From an uncultured Verrucomicrobiae bacterium (GTDB lineage: Bacteria > Verrucomicrobiota > Verrucomicrobiia > Chthoniobacterales > UBA10450), in NCBI GenBank assembly GCA_963726745.1, contig CAVSDR010000005.1, forward strand, positions 96,001 to 160,000: a stretch of DNA of 64,000 nt, given 5' to 3'. The notes under the pieces were generated by a model. That model saw nothing but the letters and a program-made list of their open reading frames with translations. It was not told the DNA's origin and made no database searches. Positions 32,901 through 41,726 of this stretch are shown one piece after another (the first letter of the stretch is position 1; each line of letters starts with the position of its first letter). Position numbers and translations under genes: made by a program.

Positions 32901-33021
32901 GCTGGCGGATGGCTCCACCTTCGACGGTGTGATCCGCAATCGCATCGGGGCCGGCTTCTCGCAGCTCGATGGCTTCGGCTTTGTGAATGCGGAAGCCGCG
33001 GTCTACGCGCCTGTGCCCTAA
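29967..33021 (+). CDS. Secreted S53-like subtilase (paralog of 25857..28997); frameshift near 32712
   Basis: VGVMSDS, SDEGRGMCEIVY, FYGTSAAAPH. After the frame change it continues FTGGDVFRFTIGR...ADLFGGGV...GFGFVNAEAAVYAPVP*, matching the paralog. Confidence 0.85.
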
Positions 33022-33045
33022 AGAATCGGTCCAGGCAGAAATCGG

Positions 33046-33086
33046 AACGGCAGGCCCGGGTTTCCCGGCCTGCCGTTTTCTTTTTT
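33046..33086 (+). terminator. Rho-independent terminator
   Basis: AACGGCAGGCC / GGCCTGCCGTT stem then a T-rich tail; same stem core as the 29021 terminator. Confidence 0.8.
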
Positions 33087-33366
33087 CCCGGTCGCGAGCG
33101 CGGGGACAGGAAAAAATTAGCCGACATTCTCACCCTGAGCGGAACCCGGTGTGTGTGGTCTGGGCGCCCAGGGTTTTCGAATCGATTGAAGAGGCCTTTA
33201 CGATGGTAAATAACTTTTTCTCGAAAAAAGTGCTTGCCGGGTTGGAGCAGAATTCCTTACAACCCCGGTTCGCCTCGGTGACAAAAAAGTAATACGGAAC
33301 GTCTTCGTTCCTGCGCTTCTAAAGGCGGCAAACCACCAGTCCCTAAAAACCCCATCATCGACATCC

Positions 33367-36300
33367 ATGATTAAAACAAAAACCCTTCTGCCCTTGGCTG
33401 CCCTCGCAACAGCCGCCCTGGGTTCATTGTCCTTCGCCCTGGCGCAGGCACCTTCCGCTGCCCAGCCTGCCGCCGCCGCTCCCGTGGCAAGCACGGAGGC
33501 CTCCTCCGAAGGGGAGAACTTGCGGGCTTATTTCGTCGAGATGACGGCGCCCGCCGCCGCCGCCACTTTCTCTTCAAACTACCAACGCTATGCCGCGGAA
33601 TCGCGTCTCCTGCGCGGCAACGCCGCCGCCCGTGCGCAAGCCGCGACCGAGCGGGCTGCCTCCGAGGCGACCCAGCAGGCTTGGACGAACGAAAACGCGC
33701 AGCGGGCCTTGCTGAATAATCTTAGCGCTCCGGGTCTCGGTGTGAAGGTCCTCTATCGCGCGCAGACCGCTCTCAATGGCATCGCGGTGATGGCTCGCCC
33801 TGATCAGGTCGCGGCCCTCGAGAAACTTCCCGGCGTGCAGCGGGTCATCGAAGTGGTCCCGATGAAAATGGATGCGGTCAGCAGCCTCAACTTTGTGGGC
33901 ACGCGCAACTTCTGGAACACTTCAGGAATCAACGCCCACGGCGAAGGCGTCGGCGTAGGGGTGATCGATACCGGCATCGACTTCGTCCACACCGGCAACG
34001 CCGGCCCCGGCGGCAGCGGCTATGCGACCGGCGTCACCTCGGTTGGCGGCGGCACCCCCGCGACGACTTTCCCGACTTCGAAAGTGGTCTGGGGTTACGA
34101 CCTCGTGGGCGATGCCTACTCCGGCACAAACTCTCCCGTGCCCGACCCGAACCCGATGGACACGAACGGTCACGGCACCGCTTGCGCGAGCTTGATCGCC
34201 GGTTTCGGCGTGAACAGCGACGGCACCACCTACACCGGTTCCTACACTTCGGTCGTTCCCGATATTTCGACCCTTCGGATTTCGCCCGGCTTCGCCCCGC
34301 AGGCTTCCCTCTTCGCCTTCCGCGTCTTCGGCACCAGCGGCTCGACCAACGTCAGCTCGCAGGCGATCGACATCGCGACCGCGCTCCGTCTCTGGCAGCT
34401 CTCGCCTGATGGCACGGCGCTCCCGCCAGCCATCAGCAACCTGAGCCCCGCGGCGGTGGCACCTCCGCGCACCCCTGTGCTTTCGGTGATCAACATGTCC
34501 CTCGGCTCCGGCAACGGCCAGGCCTCGGCTTACAACGACGGCACCGTGGCGGTGCAGAATGCCGCCGCCGCCGGTCTCTCGATGATCATCTCGGCGGGTA
34601 ATTCCTATGACAACATCTACGTGGTCGGCAGCCCGAGTGTCGCCACCGGCTCCATTTCCGTAGCCGCGACCTTTAACGACAAGCAGCCTGGCGCCACGGC
34701 CAACGCGCCGGCCAATGGCAGCCAGCCGCCGCTGAACGTCGCCATGCAGATCGGCGCCGCCGCCGCCGCCATCACCAGCGCCCCGAACGACCTGCCCCCG
34801 ACCGCGGCGCGCTACGCCAATCCTCCTCTGGGCGACTTCCAGCACACTGCCGGCACCAGCCTCGCGGCCACGCTGACCGCTGCGCTCAAAAATGACGCAG
34901 GTGAACCTGTGACCGACGCGAGCGGCAATCCGATTGCCGGCGTTTCGAATCCTTATCCGGGCAAGGTCGTCCTGATCGATCGTGGCGTGGTCGGTTTCCA
35001 TCAGAAAGCTCTCGCCGCTGCCCGTGCGGGCGCTGCCGCGGTGGTCATCGTGAACAACCGTCCCGGTTCTGCCCCCGGCATGGCCGCAGCCGCCGGTTTC
35101 CCCGTGCTCTCGATTCCAGTCGTGAGCGTAACCGACGTGGATGGCGCTCTGATGAGCAATACCGGCGTGGCTAACGTCCCGCCCGCGCGTCCAGGCTTGA
35201 CTATCGGCCTGCAGCCGGAAAACCCGGCCAATGCCGATGAAGTTACCGGCTATTCCTCCCGCGGTCCGCGGCGGCTGGACAACCGGCTGAAGCCCGACAT
35301 GGCGGCGCCGGCCGAAAACGTGACCGTGAATGTCGCCACCACCGGTAACGGCGTGGGCAGCTTCAACGGCACCTCCTCCGCCGCTCCCCACGTCTCCGGC
35401 GCGATGACGTTGCTCCGGCAGTTGACCAATTCCGGCGGCACCACGCCGGCTTGGACGATGGAAGAGCTCAAGGCGTTGATTATGAACTCGGCCACGGGCA
35501 ATCCGCTCCTCGGTGGCGCCAATGGCACCATCCGCTACGGCCTCTCCCGCGTGGGCGTGGGTCGGTTGAACCTGGCCCCGGCCGGCGGCATGCCGACCGC
35601 AGTGGCGATGAGCACCGATGCCGACTTCCCGGTGAGCATTTCTTTCGGCTCCGTGGAAGTGCCGGTCGCGGAGACGGTCACGATCGACAAGACCTTCAAG
35701 GTGGTCGACAAGGGCCCGGTCCCGCTGTCGCAGAAAGGGGTCGCCTCCATGCGCACCTTTAACCTCTCATTCGACACCGTGAACGCGGTCCCCGGAGTCT
35801 CGTTCTCCTTCCCGGACGGCCCGACCATCGACGTCCCGGCTGGTGGCTCCGCCACCGCCCGCGTCCGCATTACCGCGGTCGGCAGCCTGCTGCGCCATGT
35901 GCGTGAAGCCGCGACTACGGCCACGCAGGTGTTTGCCCTCGGCCCTCCGGCCACGCTTCTGCCGCGCACCTTCCTCACGGAAGCAGGCGGCAACATCATC
36001 CTCACGGAATCGGGTGGAGCGGGGAATCAAATGCGCCTCTCGGTGCATGCCTTGCCGCGGCCGAACTCGAGCTTGAGCGTCACGCCGGCCTCGTTGGTGC
36101 TGCCGGCGACTTCCGCCTCGCAAGTCCTGACCTTTGCGGGCAACGGAATCGATACCGGCAACAACCTCGACACCGTGGCCAACTCGACCGCAGACATCAA
36201 ATCGCACGCCAAGGCGTTCGAGTTGCAATACGACAAGCCATCGGTGCAAAGCGATCCGCTCTTCAAGACGGCCGAGATCACGAAGGTGGGTGTGACCAGC

Positions 36301-37476
36301 GACTTTGCGCGCCGCACCCTTCCGTTCGATACCGCGACCACAAACAACCAGAGTGCGGTGGTGGTCTTCGCGGTCGCGACCGCGGCGGACTACAACACCC
36401 CGAGCAGCTCGGGGCCGGACATTCAGATCTTGGTCGACCGGAATGGGGACTTCGTGGAAGACATCACCGTGCGCAGCTTTGCCTGGAACGATCCCAGCCA
36501 GGGCACGGGCACGTTTGGCTCGAACATGTTCCTCAGCGTCACCAACCCCTTCGGGTCGGGCACGCTCACGACGACCGGATTCTTTACCAACATCCTCGTC
36601 GGCCGCGCGATGAACACGTTGAACAACAACACCATGATGTTGCCGGTTAATGCCCAGCGCCTCGGCCTCACGGCCGCGGCGTCGCGCATCAATTATAAGG
36701 TGAAAAGTTCGTTCTACTTTGGCACCTACAACTCGGAAACCCCGTGGATGACCTACGACCTGGCGAAGCCGGGCGTGGACGCCTCCGTGGCGGTGGCAAA
36801 CGAGCCCTTCGTCTTGAATGCCATCGGCGGCAGCAGCACTTCGGCCACGATCAACACCCCGCAATACAACGGGAACCGGTCGCTCGGCGTGATGATGCTC
36901 TATCCGTGGAATGCGCCGGCTAATCGCGTGCAAACCGTCCGCGCTCCGGCGCAGTTGCTCGAGGTGGTCTCGCGCCGTCCGGGTGCAGGCACGCCGGAAC
37001 GCGTCTTTTCACTCGCGAACCCTGTGGGCGTGGAGAGCCGTCGAGGGGCGAACTTCAACACCAGCGTGAACCCGAACACCGGCGACTACACGGTAGCTTT
37101 CCGGTTCAACAGCCCGGTTACGCAGGGCACATGCACCATCCAATCGGGTGTGGCCACCGTGGGAGCGATCACGTTTAACGGGAACGACATGATCGTGCCG
37201 CTTACCGGGGTGAACGACAAGCAACTCATCACCTTCAGCCTCACTGGCCTGGTCGACAACCAGGGCAATCCGCTGCCTAACTTGCAGCCGCAACTTGGGT
37301 TCCTTGTGGGCGACATCAATGGCGACGGCACGGTCGACGTCGGCGATTCCATTCTCGTCCGGAATGACGCCGGGAAAACCGCCGCGCAAGCGCCGGCTAG
37401 CGACGTAAACGGTGACGGCACCGTGAACTCTGGCGACGCCATCATCGTGCGCGGTGCCTCGGGGAACGCGTTCTAA
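33367..37476 (+). CDS. Secreted S8A subtilase (Vpr-like: I9 propeptide, PA domain) with C-terminal Ig-like module and dockerin
   Basis: GVIDTG, NGHGT, SAGN, YSSRGP..LKPD, NGTSSAAPHVSG; PA-like GKVVLIDRG; duplicated Ca-binding loops GDINGDGTVDVGD and SDVNGDGTVNSGD. Confidence 0.9.
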   Translation: MIKTKTLLPLAALATAALGSLSFALAQAPSAAQPAAAAPVASTEASSEGENLRAYFVEMTAPAAAATFSSNYQRYAAESRLLRGNAAARAQAATERAASEATQQAWTNENAQRALLNNLSAPGLGVKVLYRAQTALNGIAVMARPDQVAALEKLPGVQRVIEVVPMKMDAVSSLNFVGTRNFWNTSGINAHGEGVGVGVIDTGIDFVHTGNAGPGGSGYATGVTSVGGGTPATTFPTSKVVWGYDLVGDAYSGTNSPVPDPNPMDTNGHGTACASLIAGFGVNSDGTTYTGSYTSVVPDISTLRISPGFAPQASLFAFRVFGTSGSTNVSSQAIDIATALRLWQLSPDGTALPPAISNLSPAAVAPPRTPVLSVINMSLGSGNGQASAYNDGTVAVQNAAAAGLSMIISAGNSYDNIYVVGSPSVATGSISVAATFNDKQPGATANAPANGSQPPLNVAMQIGAAAAAITSAPNDLPPTAARYANPPLGDFQHTAGTSLAATLTAALKNDAGEPVTDASGNPIAGVSNPYPGKVVLIDRGVVGFHQKALAAARAGAAAVVIVNNRPGSAPGMAAAAGFPVLSIPVVSVTDVDGALMSNTGVANVPPARPGLTIGLQPENPANADEVTGYSSRGPRRLDNRLKPDMAAPAENVTVNVATTGNGVGSFNGTSSAAPHVSGAMTLLRQLTNSGGTTPAWTMEELKALIMNSATGNPLLGGANGTIRYGLSRVGVGRLNLAPAGGMPTAVAMSTDADFPVSISFGSVEVPVAETVTIDKTFKVVDKGPVPLSQKGVASMRTFNLSFDTVNAVPGVSFSFPDGPTIDVPAGGSATARVRITAVGSLLRHVREAATTATQVFALGPPATLLPRTFLTEAGGNIILTESGGAGNQMRLSVHALPRPNSSLSVTPASLVLPATSASQVLTFAGNGIDTGNNLDTVANSTADIKSHAKAFELQYDKPSVQSDPLFKTAEITKVGVTSDFARRTLPFDTATTNNQSAVVVFAVATAADYNTPSSSGPDIQILVDRNGDFVEDITVRSFAWNDPSQGTGTFGSNMFLSVTNPFGSGTLTTTGFFTNILVGRAMNTLNNNTMMLPVNAQRLGLTAAASRINYKVKSSFYFGTYNSETPWMTYDLAKPGVDASVAVANEPFVLNAIGGSSTSATINTPQYNGNRSLGVMMLYPWNAPANRVQTVRAPAQLLEVVSRRPGAGTPERVFSLANPVGVESRRGANFNTSVNPNTGDYTVAFRFNSPVTQGTCTIQSGVATVGAITFNGNDMIVPLTGVNDKQLITFSLTGLVDNQGNPLPNLQPQLGFLVGDINGDGTVDVGDSILVRNDAGKTAAQAPASDVNGDGTVNSGDAIIVRGASGNAF

Positions 37477-37502
37477 GCGGCGCCCAAAACGCAGTCTAAC
37501 GA

Positions 37503-37538
37503 GCGGCTCCAGCAGCGTTGCTGGAGCCGTTTTCGTTT
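37503..37538 (+). terminator. Rho-independent terminator
   Basis: CGGCTCCAGCA / TGCTGGAGCCG stem followed by TTTTCGTTT. Confidence 0.8.
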
Positions 37539-37686
37539 CTGAGGGGGGGGCGCTGGGGGTGCAAAGACGTCGATGACGAAAATATAATGACGGTTTCGCT
37601 GGGTCTTTATCGGGAAGACCAGTAACTAGTGCTCCGGCTGGCGCGTCACGCCACCATAAAAGCCCAACCTAGCAATACCTACGTCT

Positions 37687-40600
37687 ATGATTCCACGCTT
37701 CCGTCCTCTTCTCTCGCTGCGCCTCGTTGCGGCGGGGATTGTTTTCACTCTATCCGCAGGACTGGCTTCGGCCGTTCCGTGGGCACCAGGCGAACGCGAA
37801 GGGGATGAATTCCACGAAACCCCGGCGGAGAAGTTTGTCGAAAACCTCCCGGCAAGTGACGCGCTCCTCCCCGCGCCGCAGCCCAAGAGCGTGCCGGCTA
37901 TTTCTCGAGCGGTTCGCAAGACCAACCTCGTTAATTTGGACTGGACGGCGATCGGGCCGTTCCCGATTCCGAATGGCCAGACGATTGGACGCCAGGATCC
38001 GGTAAGCGGACGTGCGACTGCCATCGCGATCCATCCCACGAATGAAAACATCATGTATTTGGGCACGGCCCAAGGCGGTCTTTATCGGACGCTCGACGGC
38101 GGCGCGACCTGGACGCAATTGATGGACGCCGCCACCGCCGGCCCTGTGGGCACGCCTCTGGCCATCGGCGCGGTCACGATCGATCCCACCGACCCGACCA
38201 CGGTTATCGTCGGCACCGGCGAAGGAAACCTTTCCGCCGACAGTTATTTTGGCAGCGGCCTTTACACCGTCACCGGAGCGGATGGCTCCAACCCCGTGGT
38301 GAACGGCCCCTTCAACGCGTCCGCCGGTGAAACGGGCGTGGCCGCTGGCACCGATCTCTTTACGGGCCGCTCGATCGTGGCCATCGCGGTGGATCCGACG
38401 AACCACAACAACGTCTTCATCTCCACTTCTTCGGGTGTCGGCGGTATCCGGGGCACGGCCTATAGCGTCCTGCCTCGCCGCGGTCTCTATCGCTCCACGA
38501 ATCTCTTTTCTGCCTCACCTACCTGGACTCGTTTACAAATCACGGGCACGACGAGCACCAACACCATCTCCACCTCGCTGGTGATGGATCCGGCGAACGC
38601 GAATAACCTCGTGGTGGCCTATTACAGCCAGGCCGGGACCGACCCGACGGGTATTTACCGCACGACGAACGCGCTCGACCCTGTGCCCACCTTCACGCAG
38701 TCGCTCGCGCTGCCGAACTTCATCAACTGCAAGCTCGCCATCCAGCGCGCGACAGACGGCACCGTGACGGTCTACGCCACGGCCGACCAAAGCTCGGGCA
38801 CGCTCTACAAGTCGGTCAATGGCGGCGCGACCTTTGTGAACAAGCCGGGCGCCAATGGTTTCGCCGGCGGTCAGGGCTTCTACGATCTCTCCGTGGGCGT
38901 GGACCCAAACAACGCCAACAACGTGAGCGTGGGCGGCCAGGCGGGCCAAAACACCTTCAAGCGTTCCCAAGACGGAGCGAACACTTTCACTGTAGACACA
39001 GCTGGCACCTCCATCACTGTCGGGTTGCACGCGGACGTTCACGCGATCCGCTACGCTCCTTCGAACGGAAACGTGATCTATCACGCGAATGACGGTGGTG
39101 TTTGGCGCTCCGGGGACGGCGGCAGCAACTGGGTTTCGAAGAACACCGCTGGCCTCAGCGCGACGCAGTTTTCCGATCTCGCGATTCACCCGACGGACGC
39201 GAAATTTTCCATCGGCGGCACGCAAGACAACGGCACCGAGCAGCTCCGCGCAGACGGCACTTTCACCCGCGTCGACTTTGGCGACGGCGGCTTCTCCCTG
39301 ATCGACCAGAACGCCACCGACACGACCAACGTGGTGCAGTATCACACCTACTATAACCAGACGGCGAATCTGATCGGCACTGGTCGCATTCTCACCAACG
39401 CTTGCGCTTCTGAAGGCCAATGGAGCTTCCATGGCATTTACGGCGGCGCGGTTGACCCCACGCCGTATTGCGACGGCAGCACCGATACTTTTAACGGTAT
39501 CGCCCTCACGGACGCGACCAACTTTTACGCGCCGCAGGTCCTCGGGCCGGGCAATCCGAACACCTGGTATTTCGGCACCGATAAGCTCTACCGCTCGATC
39601 AATCGTGCGGATACGGCCACGGTCGCGAGCCAATTGCTCGACCAGACCACAGCAGGCACACCGCCGACGGGCACCCCGGTGAGCGCGATCGCGATCTCGC
39701 CGCAAGACGATAACGTTCGCCTGGTCGGCTTGAACAACGGCAAGATTTTCGCGACCACCATCGGCAGCCCGACGATGCTGCAGATCGCCGGCACCGGTGC
39801 GACCAATGGACCCACGAACACGCCAGCGGTGGCGGTGGGGCGCATCGCGATCGATCCGAACAACAAGAATGTCGCCTATTTCGCCTTCGGCGGCTACGGC
39901 ACCCCGGCCGCTCCGCTCTCGCATGTCTACAAAGTGACTAACCTCGACGCGTTGAGCGCCACCCCTCCCGGCGTGCTCGTCTTCACGGCCGTCTCTTCAG
40001 GCCTCCCGGATGTCCCGGCAAACGCCCTCGCGATTGATCCCCAGAGCGGGTCGAATAGCGCCAGTTCGAGCGACATTTATGTCGGCACCGACCTCGGCGT
40101 TTACAAAACCACCAACGGTGGCACCGGTTGGACCCGCTACGGCACCAGCATGCCGCGCGTGGCAGTCTTCGGATTGCAGATCCAGAATCCGAATCGCCTC
40201 ATCCGCGCAGCGACCCATGGTCGCGGCATGTATGACGCCTCCATCATCGCGTCGTCCCTGCAGGCGCCCGTGCTCTCCAGCGTGGTTTCGCGAAAGACCC
40301 ACGGCTCTGCCGGCACCTTCGACATCAACATGCCGCTTACCGGTCCTGCCGGCATCGAGCCGCGCAAGGGCGCGCAGGGCTTGAACACGCCGGGAGACTT
40401 CACCATCGTCTGCCGCTTCACCAATGCCATCTCCAGCCTGCAAGCTCAGGTGACCACGGGCACCGGCACGGTGAACAGCATCGTCTACCAAGGGAACGAT
40501 GTGATCGTAAACCTGACCGGCGTCACCGACGTCCAGGTCCTCACCTTAACCCTGAGCAATGTCACCGATTCCAACGGCAACACCTTGCTCTCTGCCTCGG

Positions 40601-40797
40601 TCAAGCTTGGGTTCAATATGGGAGATACCACCGGCAATGGAGTCGTCGACGTCGGCGACGCCGCGCAAACGAGAAATAATTCTGGTATTGCGACAACCAT
40701 CTCGAACTTCCGCACCGATGTGAATGTCGACGGCACGATCAACGGCGGCGACGTATTGATCGTCCGGCAGAAATCAGGCAACAGCATTATGCCTTGA
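37687..40797 (+). CDS. Secreted BNR/Asp-box beta-propeller protein with C-terminal Ig-like module and dockerin
   Basis: Repeats GLYRTLDGGATW, LYKSVNGGATF, VWRSGDGGSNW, VYKTTNGGTGW; ATHGRG; tail GDTTGNGVVDVGD...TDVNVDGTINGGD. Confidence 0.85.
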   Translation: MIPRFRPLLSLRLVAAGIVFTLSAGLASAVPWAPGEREGDEFHETPAEKFVENLPASDALLPAPQPKSVPAISRAVRKTNLVNLDWTAIGPFPIPNGQTIGRQDPVSGRATAIAIHPTNENIMYLGTAQGGLYRTLDGGATWTQLMDAATAGPVGTPLAIGAVTIDPTDPTTVIVGTGEGNLSADSYFGSGLYTVTGADGSNPVVNGPFNASAGETGVAAGTDLFTGRSIVAIAVDPTNHNNVFISTSSGVGGIRGTAYSVLPRRGLYRSTNLFSASPTWTRLQITGTTSTNTISTSLVMDPANANNLVVAYYSQAGTDPTGIYRTTNALDPVPTFTQSLALPNFINCKLAIQRATDGTVTVYATADQSSGTLYKSVNGGATFVNKPGANGFAGGQGFYDLSVGVDPNNANNVSVGGQAGQNTFKRSQDGANTFTVDTAGTSITVGLHADVHAIRYAPSNGNVIYHANDGGVWRSGDGGSNWVSKNTAGLSATQFSDLAIHPTDAKFSIGGTQDNGTEQLRADGTFTRVDFGDGGFSLIDQNATDTTNVVQYHTYYNQTANLIGTGRILTNACASEGQWSFHGIYGGAVDPTPYCDGSTDTFNGIALTDATNFYAPQVLGPGNPNTWYFGTDKLYRSINRADTATVASQLLDQTTAGTPPTGTPVSAIAISPQDDNVRLVGLNNGKIFATTIGSPTMLQIAGTGATNGPTNTPAVAVGRIAIDPNNKNVAYFAFGGYGTPAAPLSHVYKVTNLDALSATPPGVLVFTAVSSGLPDVPANALAIDPQSGSNSASSSDIYVGTDLGVYKTTNGGTGWTRYGTSMPRVAVFGLQIQNPNRLIRAATHGRGMYDASIIASSLQAPVLSSVVSRKTHGSAGTFDINMPLTGPAGIEPRKGAQGLNTPGDFTIVCRFTNAISSLQAQVTTGTGTVNSIVYQGNDVIVNLTGVTDVQVLTLTLSNVTDSNGNTLLSASVKLGFNMGDTTGNGVVDVGDAAQTRNNSGIATTISNFRTDVNVDGTINGGDVLIVRQKSGNSIMP

Positions 40798-40816
40798 TTT
40801 CGCCCAAATAAAGTCG

Positions 40817-40865
40817 AACCGGGTCGAGCCCGAAAAATATTATAAAATCGGGCTCGACATCGGTT
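40817..40865. promoter_or_regulatory. Intergenic inverted repeat with AT-rich loop
   Basis: GTCGAGCCCGA (40823-33), 14-nt loop AAAATATTATAAAA, TCGGGCTCGAC (40848-58); outer AACCG/CGGTT; no U-tract. Confidence 0.6.
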
Positions 40866-40913
40866 TAGCGAAATCCTAGAAAACTCGAAATCACTGCAAC
40901 CCCGCACGCACCC

Positions 40914-41591
40914 ATGAAAAAAACTCTCCTTCTTTCCGCTCTCGCTTTCGCGAGCGTCTGTCTCACTGCCGTATCCAGCTTCGCGCAAACCGCGTCGTTC
41001 GTTTATACCGGAGTACCCAGCGGGCCTTTGGCTCCGGGATCGTCCTTCACCATCGGCATCAGTGTGGTCTTCGCCGCCGGCGGCACCGTGACGGACGTCA
41101 ACGGCCTATCTTATTGGTTCGCCCAAACTAACCCAACGAGCAGCTATCCCTTCTCGATCACAAATCGCAATGTTGGCGCGAGTGCGTTCAATCAGCTCCA
41201 GACCCCTGGGTTGACTTATCCGCAGATCATCGATCCGATCAATCGCAACTCGAATGGCACAACCAACCAAACGGATTTGGGCGCTCTCTCGCAGGACCCT
41301 CAGGGCACTCCTGGCAATCGTAATGGCACCTTCTTCGTCGGGAATTTGACCTTCCAAATCTCCGGCACCGCCGCTGCGACAACTTACACCCTTGGGAACA
41401 CCAGCACCGGGACTCCTCCTGGGGTGGGTGGCCGCGTTTCCGTTGTGACCGACAGCAACGGCAACACTGCGCCGATCGCGTTCTCGCCTTTCAACGTCAC
41501 GGTCGTGCCAGAGCCGAGCACCTACGCGCTGCTCGCGTTTGCCGGCCTCGGCCTGGTTGTGGTGGCCTATCGCCGCCGCGCGAACGCCTAA
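40914..41591 (+). CDS. PEP-CTERM protein with putative cohesin-like beta-sandwich
   Basis: Signal peptide; LAPGSSFTIGISV..VNGLSYWF..GNLTFQISGTAAATTYTL..VTDSNG..FNVTV; VPEPSTYALL-TM-RRRANA. The cohesin call rests on pattern only. Confidence 0.75.
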   Translation: MKKTLLLSALAFASVCLTAVSSFAQTASFVYTGVPSGPLAPGSSFTIGISVVFAAGGTVTDVNGLSYWFAQTNPTSSYPFSITNRNVGASAFNQLQTPGLTYPQIIDPINRNSNGTTNQTDLGALSQDPQGTPGNRNGTFFVGNLTFQISGTAAATTYTLGNTSTGTPPGVGGRVSVVTDSNGNTAPIAFSPFNVTVVPEPSTYALLAFAGLGLVVVAYRRRANA

Positions 41592-41612
41592 GCGTTTAGC
41601 CAAGTTTCCAGC

Positions 41613-41647
41613 ACAGCCCCGGTAGTTCGTCTGCCGGGGCTGTCTTG
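41613..41647 (+). terminator. Terminator-like hairpin
   Basis: ACAGCCCCGGTAG / CTGCCGGGGCTGT stem with a weak U tail. Confidence 0.6.
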
Positions 41648-41667
41648 CGTACCGGCCCGAGCAGCGG

Positions 41668-41696
41668 TTGACGGCTTCGCTTCGCGCAGCCATATT
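41668..41696 (+). promoter_or_regulatory. Putative sigma-70 promoter of typA
   Basis: TTGACG-N17-CATATT, 30 nt upstream of the ATG. Confidence 0.5.
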
Positions 41697-41726
41697 CCGC
41701 GCCCCTCATTCGAGGGGACTCGTCTC

